A DNA stretch of 64,000 nucleotides from Octopus sinensis (Eukaryota): the NCBI RefSeq assembly GCF_006345805.1, contig NC_042997.1, positions 210,614,001-210,678,000 on the forward strand. Direction: 5' to 3'. A program made the translations under genes and the position numbers. A model generated the notes under the pieces. It was not told where the DNA came from. It saw only the letters and a list, made by a program, of their open reading frames with translations, and did no database searches. Every line of letters starts with the position of its first letter. Position 1 is the stretch's first letter. Shown here in pieces: positions 48,220 through 61,585 of this stretch.

Positions 48220-49211
48220 GTATAAAACCATAAAAGCCAGCAGGTATGAGAGGTGAATATATTTATTTAACCATTTGATATCCGTAGGATTACAGCCTTT
48301 TCGCAGCCTTCATCATGTAATAATAATTTAAGTGTATAATAAATTATGTTTACATGTCTGCTATGCATTGTACAATACAATCGTACATTTACAAATCAAT
48401 GCAGACAAAGAAAGCTGGCTCATCTGATCATCAGAACATCATTGTTACACCAACGCTTCAACAAAATTTTCCGAAATAATTTCATTGATTGGATCTTCTG
48501 GATTTCAACTCATAGAACTTTGCATCATACTCCTCCGTAAATGAGTACTCGGTTGTATGATAGCCAGATCCACTTGAGGAGCCTTCTGTGATAGCCACAG
48601 GATCCTATGAATCCATATATTGCACTATAAAATTCTTCTGCTCTGCTCATTAAACCAGAGAGCGCTTAAGTGGCTCACTCATATTGACAGAGAAACTACG
48701 TTACTGAACGATTTTCTTATCCCTCGACAGCAGGAATCCACTAAGCTTCACATCCATAAAATTAATTCCTTTATATGGCGAATGCGATGGAGGGCCTGCC
48801 ATTTTGAAAGAACGACTAAATCAACCGATCTCATTTGTGAGGAAAGGAATTCGAATCCCAAAGAAACCCTCAAACACAACCATCATCTTGATTATTTATA
48901 TTTATTATTTAATGGCCATACCAAGCTAATTGTATCAAGTATCTGTCTCCCATACATTGTATGTTTAAAGGAAAACCATGATGTTCTGGTGATCTGATAA
49001 ACCAGCCTTCTAGATCTGCATTGCTTTGCAAATATACAATTGTATTGTATAACGCATGATATGCATATTAACGCATGATATGCATATAAACATATTACAC
49101 TGAGATTATTATTACACGATGAAGGCTGCGAAACGGCTGTAAGCCTACGAATATCAAATGTTTAAGTAAATATATTCACCTGTCATACTTTCTAACTTTT
49201 ATGGTTTATAC
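48220..49211. mobile_element. ~1-kb element with ~230-bp imperfect inverted arms
   Basis: 48220-48442 is the approximate reverse complement of 48977-49211. Confidence 0.7.
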
Positions 49212-49412
49212 ACTTCCCGTGAAATAATTTCATCGATTATTCATCTTTTGCTATTTTTCACTTTGTGGAGTCTTGCAATTTATTGGTCATGAAATGATTT
49301 TCCTTTTCATTTTTTTGGAATTCGTTTTCAAATTTTTTTTTTAAAACCCTTTCTTTTAACTTGTTCTTACCGAAAAGTTCTTCTTCAGTTAATTTTCAAA
49401 TTGTATTCTATT

Positions 49413-49817
49413 ACTCTTTTACTCTTTTACTTGTTTCAGTCATTTGACTGCGGCCATGCTGGAGCACCGCCTTTAGTCGAGCAAATCGACCCCAGGACTT
49501 ATTCTTTGTAATCATAGTACTTATTCTATCGGTCTCTTTTGCCGAACCGCTAAGTGACGGGGACGTCAACACACCAGCATCGGTTGTCAAGCAATGCTAG
49601 GGGGACAAACACATACACACAAACACATACACACACACATATATATATATATACATACGACAGGCTTCTTTCAGTTTCCGTCAACCAAATCCACTCACAA
49701 GGCATTGGTCGGCCCGGCGCTATAGCAGAAGACGCCCAAGATGCCACGCAGTGGGACTGAACCCGGAACCATGTGGTTGGTTAGCAAGCTACTTACCACA
49801 CAGTCACTCCTGCGCCT
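49413..49817 (-). mobile_element. SINE family B
   Basis: Full length. Confidence 0.92.
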
Positions 49818-49991
49818 TTTACACAAAAAAACTTGTTTACTTCGTGTATATTTATTACAGTTCCACTTTGCTGGCCTTCATGTATTTTTCTTTTTAGAAA
49901 AATACTGTTACTTTGTACTAGTTTCCTGATTTTATCAGTTTTCTTTCCGCCATTGCCTGCGATATATATATACCATCTGTATTTTCTTTAG

Positions 49992-50116
49992 GCGGATGGT
50001 GAGTTAGAACGTAGTGAGTTTTGTTTAGTGTTCCTAAACTCCCAATACAACAATTTCGCGAGCGATTATGGTTACATCAAGTACAGACTTCGAAATGTAT
50101 ACAGGATGCTTTACGT
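49992..50116 (+). CDS. Candidate secreted-protein gene, exon 3
   Basis: Acceptor gtattttctttag, donor gt|gtgagt, phase 0-2: ADGELERSEFCLVFLNSQYNNFASDYGYIKYRLRNVYRMLY(V); DGELERSEF fits EF-hand loop positions 5-13. Confidence 0.75.
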
Positions 50117-50650
50117 GTGAGTAAATGCCTTCCATGAAATACAATGTTGTTTTCTGCCTTTAACTAAATCCATTTTAAAATGTAACTGATTGTTGTAACG
50201 CGTCGAAATTTTCTTCGAAGACGCGGACAAACGCAAACATTTCAAAAAGAATTAGAATGTGTTTGGTTGATTTACATTTACAGGGAGTTTCTAGCAGCGT
50301 TCGGCCTCCCTTGGATGTTTTCGATATTCTCAGTAACTAATGACCAACATCTTAATATAACCGATTAGGTTTTTCTCAGTAGGAAGGCGATGCAGCAATG
50401 CATAAGTTCCACTCTGAACTCGTTTGATTTTAACCTGGCTAGAAATGCTTTCCATCATAATTTTATAAAAGAAACACAGACATTTTTTTTATTATTAAAT
50501 TATGCTCAAAACACATGAAACACTTGGCTATTCGACTAAATATTTCTAAATTCCTGATTATTCACAAATAGAAATCCATTGGAGGTGAATATTCTTAGAA
50601 ATGTAGTCACGAAGGAATTAACGTCCTGACACGTGCAATGAACTTATTTG

Positions 50651-50681
<31 letters not shown>

Positions 50682-50803
50682 CTTTTCCGATGGATTATTG
50701 CTGCCTCAGTTGGTTTGTGGTTTAAAGATTTCAAACGGAAGTATTTCTCCTTCCTCCTCTTAGTCGTCTTCGTCGTCGTCGTCGTCATCGTCTTCCTCTC
50801 CAG

Positions 50804-50939
50804 ATCACTTGTCAAACACGATTTACGGCATCGAATCACAAGGAATCAAACCCTAAAGTTGTTAAGATGTTCTGCTGGAAGAGCATTGGTCTTAAGAGAT
50901 GCGAAAGAGCTGCGGAGGATTTTGGGGTCTGACCTGTGA
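50804..50939 (+). CDS. Candidate secreted-protein gene, terminal exon 4
   Basis: Acceptor cgtcttcctctccag, phase 2: SLVKHDLRHRITRNQTLKLLRCSAGRALVLRDAKELRRILGSDL*. Confidence 0.7.
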
Positions 50940-51320
50940 ATATAAGACGTGATCGAACTGTGTGGCAGTGCATAGATTTCGATTAGGAATTTAGATAAAG
51001 TCGCTTTGTTAAGCTGAGTCGTGTGATTAACAAGTTAGCTTCTCAATCTCACCATTCAGAGTTCGATTCCATCGTGCGGCAATTGATCAAGTGTCTTCAA
51101 GTTTGTTAGAAGAATTTACTTGCAGGAATCTGTGCTGAAAACACACTCGCGCATGCGCATATATGCATGTATGTCTCTATTTCTCTGTCCAAAAGGGTTT
51201 TTCAATCCAATATTCACATGATGTTATTTAGAGCTTTATGTGTACTTCGAGATCCAATTCCCCCCTAAAAGAAATACATACATACATATATACATGCGCA
51301 CGCGCGCAACACACACATGC

Positions 51321-51359
<39 letters not shown>

Positions 51360-51739
51360 CAAAATAAGCAACGAGGATATCCAAGGTAGTGTAGTACAAT
51401 CGTTTCATGCTACTTCATTTAATTAAACAATGTAAGTATTACATCAGTTTTAAAATGTAGAGCAATCTTCAGCCACATATAGAATTTTAAAAATTAAATT
51501 GACAATGTTCATTTCTATACTTATTCCATTTGCCAACATTACAAAGAGGGTAGGTATATAGACAGAGAGGTGAATTTCATCAGTAAAAACATGCTAGTAG
51601 ATCTTTTGCTGAACTTATAATATATATATATATATATTAGTATGTATGTATCTGTATATGTAGATATTTATACATATGTATACATATATATGCACACATA
51701 TGTATGTAGATATGTCTATGTATATAGGAGAGTTGCATT

Positions 51740-52345
51740 AAAGCAATACAAAAGTGTGCCCAACCTATATATTATCTGATATCAGCATTGGCCGTGTTGG
51801 TTCAACTCGACCCTGTCCCCATCGCAACCGATGCATTTCTGCCATCATCGAACCCAATTTTTGAATCCTCTTTGAAAAAATTCAGATCTGCCATTGTTTT
51901 AGCCACCTATTCACAGCTACTTTCATTTTATTTATGCCATCAAATTGTTTTTCCCTGAAGACCGCCGTTTATTGAATTGAAAATGTGGAAGTTGGGCGGC
52001 ACCAGATCTGGGCTGTATGGTAGATGGAGCTCCACAAATCTGCCTAATTTGTTAAAAGGCTAATTTTTTTTTGCCAAAGATGTGTGAGGTCACGCACTGT
52101 TATGGTGAATGTGGCTCATTTTCAGATTCTTGTTTAACCTCTTCCTCTTAATGGCTTTTCAAAGCTATTTGTTTTATTTCAGTATACCGCTCGCATTTAA
52201 CGGTACATCCACATTCCAGAGAATGTTATTTTCCCTCAAAAAGGGAATTCCAACTTTTTGTACCTATCGCTGGCTCCCAAGCATCTTAAACCTTGGAAAA
52301 TGTGATGCCATTCCACAGGCCGAACCTTCGTCTATGGATCCTAAA
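51740..52345 (-). pseudogene. Mariner transposase remnant
   Basis: IHHNSA*PHTS (HDNARPH-like), ELHLPYSPDLVPPNFHIF (YSPDL motif) and a frameshifted C-terminus. Confidence 0.7.
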
Positions 52346-52355
52346 GATATTTTCT

Positions 52356-52586
52356 TATTTCTATACTACCCACAAGGGGCTAAACACAGAGGGGACAAAC
52401 AAGGACAGACAAACGGATTAAGTCGATTACATCGACCCCAGTGCGTAACTAGTACTTAATTTATCGACCCCGAAAGGATGAAAAGCAAAGTCGACCTCGG
52501 CGGAATTTGAACTCAGAACGTAACGGCAGACGAAATACGGCTACGCATTTCGCCCGGCGTGCTAACGTTTCTGCCAGCTCGCCGCC
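52356..52586 (-). mobile_element. SINE family C, full length, 18-bp TSD
   Basis: TSD atcctaaagatattttct at 52338-52355 and 52587-52604. Confidence 0.93.
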
Positions 52587-53031
52587 ATCCTAAAGATATT
52601 TTCTGTTATCAGATAATGAAAGAAACGTTTCCGTTGGTTTCAAACACTTCCAGCATATCAGAGCAGACTTCCTTGTCTTCTTCAAATCGGCCATCAACTG
52701 CCGAATTACCTGTGTTGTACACACACTCTGACACCCAAAGTCTTCCGCCATCTCCTGTAATGTATTGTGACTAGGGTTTGTGTTGTCGTTTGGCCCTAGG
52801 ATGGCTCAACCTGAGCAAACAGAACAAAGATCAAAGATACTCCAGCTGGGATCATCCGGTTTTTATTTCTGATATATCTAAATATACTTCAGAGCGGTTG
52901 TATACTGCCAACTTAACGTGACAGTCCCATAGAGGGAATTACACCACCGCTATTTAGCCCTAGGAAGCTAGATATTTAGAAATTTAATATTTCCAATTTT
53001 GGTCATCAGTGAATAAACTTCACTGAATATA

Positions 53032-53088
<57 letters not shown>

Positions 53089-53519
53089 ATATATATATGT
53101 CTTGTTATTCTCCTTGTCCTGTCTTTTACTGTTTATATTTTGTACTGTCGTTACTGTCCTGTTTTTGTTACCATTTTTACATCTCCGCAAAAAGATCTCA
53201 AATTTTATTTGATTTGCTTTTCGCAGGAAGGAAAGTTTCTATCGAAGATACGTCTCGCCTTCACCTTCGAAACGTAGAGTAGATGAAACCATGGCGACTG
53301 AAGAAGGGGTTTTTTCCTTGTGTTATTTGTCCTGTACTCTATTTTTTTGTTGTTTAAGAAAAATGTGCAGTTCCTTGGGTTTGTGTCTATGTTTTCGTTT
53401 CTCATTGTGTTCGACGTTTTTTTGGTGTCCTGTACTCACATATGCGTGTATATATACATGCAGAGGTAGGTACGTACATATATCTATATATATATATGCA
53501 TATGTTTTATTTATTAATA

Positions 53520-53709
53520 TACTCTTTTCTCTTTCTCTTTTACTTGTTTCAGTCATTTGACTGTGGCCATGCTGGAGCACCGCCTTTAGTCGAGCAAATT
53601 GACCCCGGGACTTATTCTTTGTACTTATCCTATCGGTCTCTTTTTGCCGAACCGCTAAGTGACGGGGACGTAAACACATTGTCAAGCAATGCTAGGGGGA
53701 CAAACACAG

Positions 53710-53744
<35 letters not shown>

Positions 53745-53919
53745 TATACATATATACGACAGGCTTCTTTCAGTTTCCGTCTACCAAATCCACTCACAAG
53801 GCATTGGTCAGCCCGAGGCTATAGCAGAAGACACTTGCCCAAGATGCCACACAGTGGGACTGAACCCGGAACCAGTGGTGGTTCAAGCTACTACTTACCA
53901 CACGCCCCTCCCCGCGCCT
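53520..53919 (-). mobile_element. SINE family B
   Basis: Near full length with small deletions. Confidence 0.88.
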
Positions 53920-53927
53920 ATATTTAA

Positions 53928-53975
<48 letters not shown>

Positions 53976-54059
53976 TTATATATATAGATATATATTATAT
54001 ATATATATATATTTTTACGAAGGCTAGACAGGTATCTTCAGCTAGCCGGCCATGCTACT

Positions 54060-54104
54060 CCAGACTGATGACGAGCAAGACTCAGAAACATGTCATGTCT
54101 CTGG
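54060..54104 (+). ncRNA. Type I hammerhead ribozyme candidate
   Basis: Stem I CCAGA/TCTGG; core CTGATGA; stem II (c.a)GAG-caaga-CTC; GAA; stem III ACAT-gtc-ATGT; cleavage triplet GTC (C at 54099). Confidence 0.7.
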
Positions 54105-54334
54105 GTGCAGGCCTGGCTGTTGTGGGTGCTTGTCTCCCCTTTGTAAACATAAGGACGCAGGAAATGTGTCAAAGCCGACAGGAAGCGTTGATGCTTCCTA
54201 GGGCTAAATAGCGGTGGTGTGATTTCCTTTACAGGACTGTCACGTTAAGTTGACAGTATACAACCGCTCTATCGTTCCACCACCGCTCATATCTCTCTGA
54301 GATATTTAGAAATTTAATATTTCTAATAAATATA

Positions 54335-54480
54335 TATTTCTTTACTACCCACAAGGGGCTAAACACAGAGGGGATAAACAAGGACAGACAAACGGATTAA
54401 GTCGATTACATCGACCCCAGTGCGTAACTGGTACTTAATTTATCGATCCCGAAAGGATGAAAGGCAAAGTCGAACTCGTT
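54335..54480 (-). mobile_element. SINE family C fragment
   Basis: atttctttactacccacaaggggc..aaaggcaaagtcga. Confidence 0.8.
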
Positions 54481-54964
54481 TCTAATAAATATACTTTATC
54501 CTATATAAACGTCTCCTTCCTCTTTGAAGACTGTAAGGAATGATTTGAAGGAGAATTGGCTGTTGTTTCTAGCTGGCCACGTACATGTTTTCCCTCGACT
54601 CCCAGCCCTAACCTTAACCCTCCCCCACTCACATGGCGTTCATTCATTTACTTCTTTACTATAATGGACAGGTTTTAGTGGAGCACATCATTTCTTCCTT
54701 CCGGTTTAAAGAACAGGAAGTAAGCGATTATGTCTCCCTGGTCGAACAACCAACCGGAAATGGAAGCGAAATCCTGCCCAGACCAAACCCTTTTGTCTCA
54801 ATACATGAAAGGCAAATTTGACAACGAAGTCCTAGGTACACTTAGGTATGGTGGTTATGGTTGGAACATCTTTGCTCATTGTTCTGCTCTATCAGGCTGA
54901 CCGAGGGCTAAACGATAACAGCAGCGATTGCACTAGACTGGTTGTAGGATTGCGTCAAACATTA

Positions 54965-55777
<813 letters not shown>

Positions 55778-56221
55778 CAATGATTGATAGGGTTATAATG
55801 GTGGAATCCCTACCGGAAAGTCGTTCCGTCATCTTCATCTGTTGATCAAAGATGGGAGGTTGCACGTCATCGATACCAGAATTATAATACTCACGGCGAG
55901 ACAGCAATATCGAAGGATCGATCAAACACTGGGCACATGAATATGCACGAACATATACATACAAACACACACACACACACCACACACGCCTATACATATA
56001 TACATATGTGTGTGTACAGATATGTATCTCTCTTTTTCTCTCTGTTTCTATTTCTCTCTCTCTCTCTATATATATATATAGACAGACAAATATGTATATG
56101 TATATATATGTATATATAGAAATATGTATATGTATAGGTTATATATATATATCAACTATTCCTATGAATATTTGATATATACTGATGCACACACATATGT
56201 ATGTGTGCATATATATATATA

Positions 56222-57044
56222 TTAGCAGCATAGCCCTGCGTTGCTCGGGTATGTAAGAGCCCCTAGTAGGCAACGACTAATCCCAATCTAGTTCTTTCCC
56301 TCTAGGGAACGATGGCGCATGTGTAGGTTGCAATGTCTTCTCTTCACTCGAATACTTCTGTGTATACGATGTTCCTAGCTGTCCCTTTGGGCGAAAACAT
56401 GAAAACATCATTGCGCCTCCCAAGAGAGTTAAAAAGGTCGAGTTGCGTCCCCTAGACAGTCTGAGGTTTGTGTTTAATACACAAATCGGTTTGCTATGTG
56501 TGCTACATATGATATTTAAATGTGATTTTTTCCAGTAATAAAGTATCCTATTGGAATAAAAAGGGCCATATAGCTCCTTGGAGCAGACATGATGCTTGCT
56601 GTGAATTTTTAAAAAATTCCTACCAATTTGTGAAAGATGTCGAAAATATGTCATCTTGAATTTGAACGCGATTTCCCAAAATGGCATGATTTTATCGATT
56701 TTTTCTGATGGTAAGGTATTGCATGGAAAACTAACGTCAGAATTAAGTTTCTTAGAGTAACATTAAGCTTCACCATGAGTTTGGTGAAAATCGATTGCAA
56801 GTTGCCAAAACTACAACAGAAAATGTGTTGCATATAAAAAGCTTAGATTCTCGACCCCATGTCGAATTTATCGATTTTTTTCAGAACTGGGGGAACTTTT
56901 CAAAATTTTCGGTGCGTTAGTTTTGGGCTATGTGTGTGTCAAGTTTCATCAGAATCGGTTGAAAGCCGTGGTCAGAGTGAGGGTACAACCTGACACACAG
57001 ACAGACAAACTGCCGTTTATATATATATATATATATATATATAG
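56222..57044 (-). mobile_element. Non-autonomous Helitron-like element
   Basis: Minus strand starts ctatatata..taaacggcagtttgtctgtctg and ends with an imperfect hairpin cccgagcaacgcaggg followed by gctaa (CTRR end). Confidence 0.65.
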
Positions 57045-57049
57045 TTACT

Positions 57050-57225
57050 CCAAACATGAACAAAAAGAAAACACAACAACGCGAGGACGTGGGACAAGTC
57101 TAGTGTTATTGGACGCTCAGGAAAGGAAAGGAAGAAGGAGGATTTAACGTTTCCAGCGGAGCTCTTCGTCAGAAACATAGGGAAAGGAAAGGTCCAAGGA
57201 AGGGAAGACGGAGGAAAAAGTACAA
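57050..57225 (-). mobile_element. PLE-type short repeat with minimal HHR motif (canonical CUGACGA core)
   Basis: gttt-CTGACGA-a-gagc tcc gctg-GAA-ACGT-T-aaat at 57142-57176. Confidence 0.6.
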
Positions 57226-57280
57226 CGGTACACACACTGTCGCATGTATATATATATTATAATACACACTGTCGCATGTA

Positions 57281-57311
<31 letters not shown>

Positions 57312-57714
57312 TCCCCCTCTCACTCTCCTCACAACCCCCACTCTACCCCAACCCCCAGCCGAACCCACACCCCACATAGGCTTTCCCCACTCTCACCCCC
57401 ACCTCCCCACAACATCACGCCACACTACACTACACCATACAACATTACACATCACATCACAACACACCACCCACACACCCATCCCCATATCTCCACAGCC
57501 ACACATACATACATACACACGTCCAGACCACCAGCCCTCTTTCACACGCACATACATACTTTCTTATACACACACGCACCTTTGTGTTGGGGCCACCTTC
57601 GTTTTGGAAGTCACTTGACCCTGTTATCTCCCCTACTATCCCTCTAGCGTCTAACGTCTGACCTCTGACCTCTGCCCGAAGTCAGAACGCCATGATAGAT
57701 CGTTAGCTCATACA

Positions 57715-57890
57715 CACATTTTTTTTCTCTCCTTGTTTTTTTTTCTGTGTATCTTTCTGTCGAAGAGCGCAGGCTCGAAACGTAAAAGACTTGTTCTATT
57801 TCTATTCCTGAGCGCCATACTAATACATTTGTTTGTTTGTACTCCACCTGCCTTCGTCTTTTGTTTATTTTCGTAAGCCTTCCCGTTATA
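57715..57890 (+). mobile_element. PLE-type short repeat with the best-paired minimal HHR of the A6U family
   Basis: tcttt(57752-56)-CTGTCGA-a-gagc gcag gctc-GAA-ACGT-A-aaaga(57785-89). Confidence 0.7.
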
Positions 57891-57999
57891 TATATATATA
57901 CATACATACATATATATATATAAGTTGAAAAATTCATATAACAAACACATATGTATGCATCTGTGTATGCATCTGTGTATGTGTAAATTTCACTGTAAT

Positions 58000-58580
58000 A
58001 CGCAAGGCTGTTGGTATGTCTTCTTGAGCCCCTTTCCTTGTGTGACTTCATAAATGCCTCTTCAAGCTTTCGCCTTCATGTTGCGCCTGAAAAATGTTGC
58101 ACCTGAAACATGTTGCCGGATATACTTTACCTGCTTCAGAGCATCATGCTTTTTCATGCGGTTCGTGAAACCAGCAAGAGGAAGACTGATTCTTCCACAT
58201 TTTCCACACTGACTGCTTTTATTCACAGCTTTCGATGTTACTGCTTGCTTCATGAAGAGGCAGGTCAGGTATTTCCTGTCGACGCCCAGATTTTTCCCTC
58301 CAAAATGTCATCGGACCGCACCTTCACTAGTCCTCTATAGAACGCCTTGGTGGATTTGAAGTTACACAAGTCTGAACTCGGACGGCAAAGCTGCTCCAGA
58401 GCTTGGCGACACTTGCAGTGCCATTCGCCCAGCCTCGGTCTCTGCTTGATCCATGATTGCAGTTCGGTCAAAGAGACGAGCTGCGGGAAGACGAGTCTCA
58501 CAAACGGCGACCACACCTGTTCACCGTCGGCAGTGAAACTATGGAGACGTCGCAGTCTCAGCGCATGTCTGTGCATCATT
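58000..58580 (-). pseudogene. Probable RTE-like LINE remnant (linker and C-terminal zinc-finger-like pieces)
   Basis: [12 protein letters not shown] resembles the RTE linker; CGKCGRISLPLAGFTNRMKKH resembles the RTE C-terminal C2H2 motif. Confidence 0.45.
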
Positions 58581-58587
58581 AACCACG

Positions 58588-58797
58588 ATAGATAGATAGG
58601 TAGGTGGGTAGGTAGGTAGGTAGGTAGGTAGGTAGGTAGGTAGGTAGGTAGGTAGGTAGGTAGGTAGAAAGACAGATAGATAGACAGATAGATAGATAGG
58701 TAGGTAGGTAGGTAGGTAGATAGATACACAGATAGATAGGTAAGTAGGTAGATAGGCAGACGGATAGACAGACAGACAGATAGATAGATAGATAGAC

Positions 58798-58843
<46 letters not shown>

Positions 58844-59006
58844 GTAGGTTGGTAGGTAGGTAGGTAGGTAGGTAGACAGACAGATACACAGATAGATAGG
58901 TAAGTAGGTAGATAGGCAGACGGATAGACAGACAGACAGATGGATAGATAGACAGACAGATAAATAGATAGGTAAGTAGGTAGGTAGGTAGGTAGGGGTA
59001 GGTAGG

Positions 59007-59049
<43 letters not shown>

Positions 59050-59132
59050 ATTTCTTTATTGGCCACACAGGGCTGCACACAGATGGGACAAGTTACAAGG
59101 TAGAACTTTTCTTTTGGGGGATGAAAAAAAGG

Positions 59133-59163
<31 letters not shown>

Positions 59164-59195
59164 GTAGACAGACAGATAAATAGATAAATAGATAG
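58588..59195. repeat. (TAGG)n/(TAGA)n compound microsatellite with an internal block duplication
   Basis: gatacacagatagataggtaagtaggtagataggcagacggatagac occurs twice (about 58722 and 58882). Confidence 0.9.
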
Positions 59196-59369
59196 ATGCT
59201 TGCGTGCATGCACGTGCAGGTCCATTTCTATCGACACACTGAGCATGAACACACACGCAAGGGAGTTTTCCTACGTAAATATTTAGTCAACCAATCTTTT
59301 AGATCCAGATAATTATGTTTGTAAATGCGCAGGTGGAAACGTCTCTATGAATGAATATGCGTACATAAT

Positions 59370-59442
<73 letters not shown>

Positions 59443-59543
59443 AATATATATATATATAATATGTGTGTGTGTGTGTGGTGTGTGTTTGCTTGTGGGTATA
59501 TTTATATGTATGTATGCATTTATATATATATATATATATATAG

Positions 59544-59574
<31 letters not shown>

Positions 59575-59612
59575 GCATACATACATATAAATATACACAC
59601 AAACAAGCATAT

Positions 59613-59656
<44 letters not shown>

Positions 59657-60099
59657 ATACATGTATATCTTGTGTGTCTGTACATGCTTATCTTTGTCTG
59701 TGTCCGTGTGTGTGCGTGTGTGTGTGGAGCGGGTGGGGGGGGGCATATATGGCGTGAACTCGCAGCAGCTCGGCAGCACCAAGTAAATATCGTAAATCAA
59801 ATCAACGTAGGAAGCCGGAGCTAATCGAATCCCGATTAAGTTTTGTTTTATTTTCAGGTCGTTAGTTTGCAGAAGAAATACTGTATTACGCCGAGACTTC
59901 AATGAGACTTCAATGAGACTTCAATGAGTCTTGAAACGAAACTTCAACGAGACTTCAAAGGCTCGAGTCTGTTCTTTGCTACAGTCACAACTAATAAATA
60001 TATGGGTTTCAGGAAGTTACAAGAGCGTGGCCAATCTGCCGATTGACTTGCTAAAGATAGCAATCAAATCTACTTCAAATTGTATCGTGGTATTTTCTC

Positions 60100-60509
60100 T
60101 TTTATTCTCTTTTACTTGTTTCAGTCATTTTGACTGCGGCCATGCTGGAGCACCGCCTTTAATCGAGCAACTCGACCCCGGGACTTATTCTTTTTGTAAG
60201 CCCAGTACTTATTCTATCGGTCTCTTTTGCCGAACCGCTAAGTAACGGGGACATAAACACACCAGAATCGGTTGTCAAGCAATGCTAGGGGGACAAACAC
60301 AGACACACAAACACACACACATATATATATATATATACATATATACGACAGGCTTCTTTCAGTTTCCGTCTACCAAATCCACTCACAAGGCATTGGTCGG
60401 CCCAAGGCTATAGTAGAAGACACTTGCCTAAGGTGCTACGCAGTGAGACTGAACCCGGAACCATGTGGTTGGTAAACAAGCTACTTACCACACAGCCACT
60501 CCTGCGCCT
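60100..60509 (-). mobile_element. SINE family B
   Basis: Full length. Confidence 0.92.
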
Positions 60510-60959
60510 CTTACCAAAAGGAAGGACACCTCGTGACAAAGATAAAGAGGAATAGAGGGTGGGTGTGATAAGACAGAAATCCGGGGTTTTGCCCCAGTTT
60601 AAAACCCCTTTTGAAGATTTGTACATTTGCCTCTGCAATGATTCTGTAGGAATTCAGATTCTTGATAAAACGCGCGTTTCTATCCACCGCTCTGCTGCTT
60701 CTAGCAGAATTCCCCACCATTTCCATTATAACGAGGTACCGCATGGCTACAAGAACACACCTTTTGGAGTGAGGAAGTGGGGCGGGGTCGGGGCGGTAGA
60801 TTACCATTAATCTCATCACCTCACAAATTATAAAGGCATTAAAGGTAAATTAAAGCCAGTGGAGTTTTTATTCAAATTGCAAAAGACAAGACGTTTCATC
60901 AGGAATATTATTGTTACTCCAACGCCGTTTCCCTTTTTTTTTCTGAGAATAATCAAGTC

Positions 60960-61132
60960 TAGGTGCAGGAGTGGCTGTGTGGTAAGTAGCTTGTTTACCA
61001 ACCACATGGTTCCGGGTTCAGTCCCACTGCGTGGCACCTTGGGCAAGGTCTTCTGCTATAGCCCCGGGCCGACCAAAGCCTTGCGAGTGGATTTGGTAGA
61101 CGGAAACTGAGAAGAAGCCCGTCGTATATATG

Positions 61133-61183
<51 letters not shown>

Positions 61184-61407
61184 TAATATATTATTTGTTT
61201 GTGGTTTGTGTTCGCCCCCAACATCGCTGACAACCGATGCTGGTGTGTTTACGTCCCCGTTACTTAGCGGTTCGGCAAAAGAGACCGATAGAATAAGTAC
61301 TGGGCTTACAAAAGAATAAGTCTCGGGGTCAAGTTGCTCGATTAAAGGCGGTGCTCCAGCATGGCCGCAGTCAAATGACTGAAACAAGTAAAAGAGTAAA
61401 AGAGTAA
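60960..61407 (+). mobile_element. SINE family B
   Basis: Full length, head aggtgcaggagtggctgtgtgg. Confidence 0.92.
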
Positions 61408-61419
61408 AGTCTACTTTAG

Positions 61420-61585
61420 GTACAAAGCCTGACATTTTGGGAGAGGAAGGGGGATGAGTCGATTACATCGACCCTAGTGTTCATTTGGTATGTATTTCAT
61501 CGATCCCAAAACGACGAAAAGCAAAGTCGACCTCGCTGGAATTTGAACTCAGAACGTAAAGACGGACGAAATGCCGCTAAGCATC
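61420..61585 (-). mobile_element. SINE family C, diverged
   Basis: gtcgattacatcgacc..gtcgacctcgctggaatttgaactcagaacg. Confidence 0.75.

Noticed and set aside
49115-49150. Hammerhead in the arms of the 48.2-49.2 kb element
   Set aside because: No C3-U4, stem II cannot form and stem I does not pair.
54730-54900. Short ORFs on both strands (e.g. MSPWSNNQPEMEAKSCPDQ..)
   Set aside because: No consistent splice-site pair and no recognisable homology.
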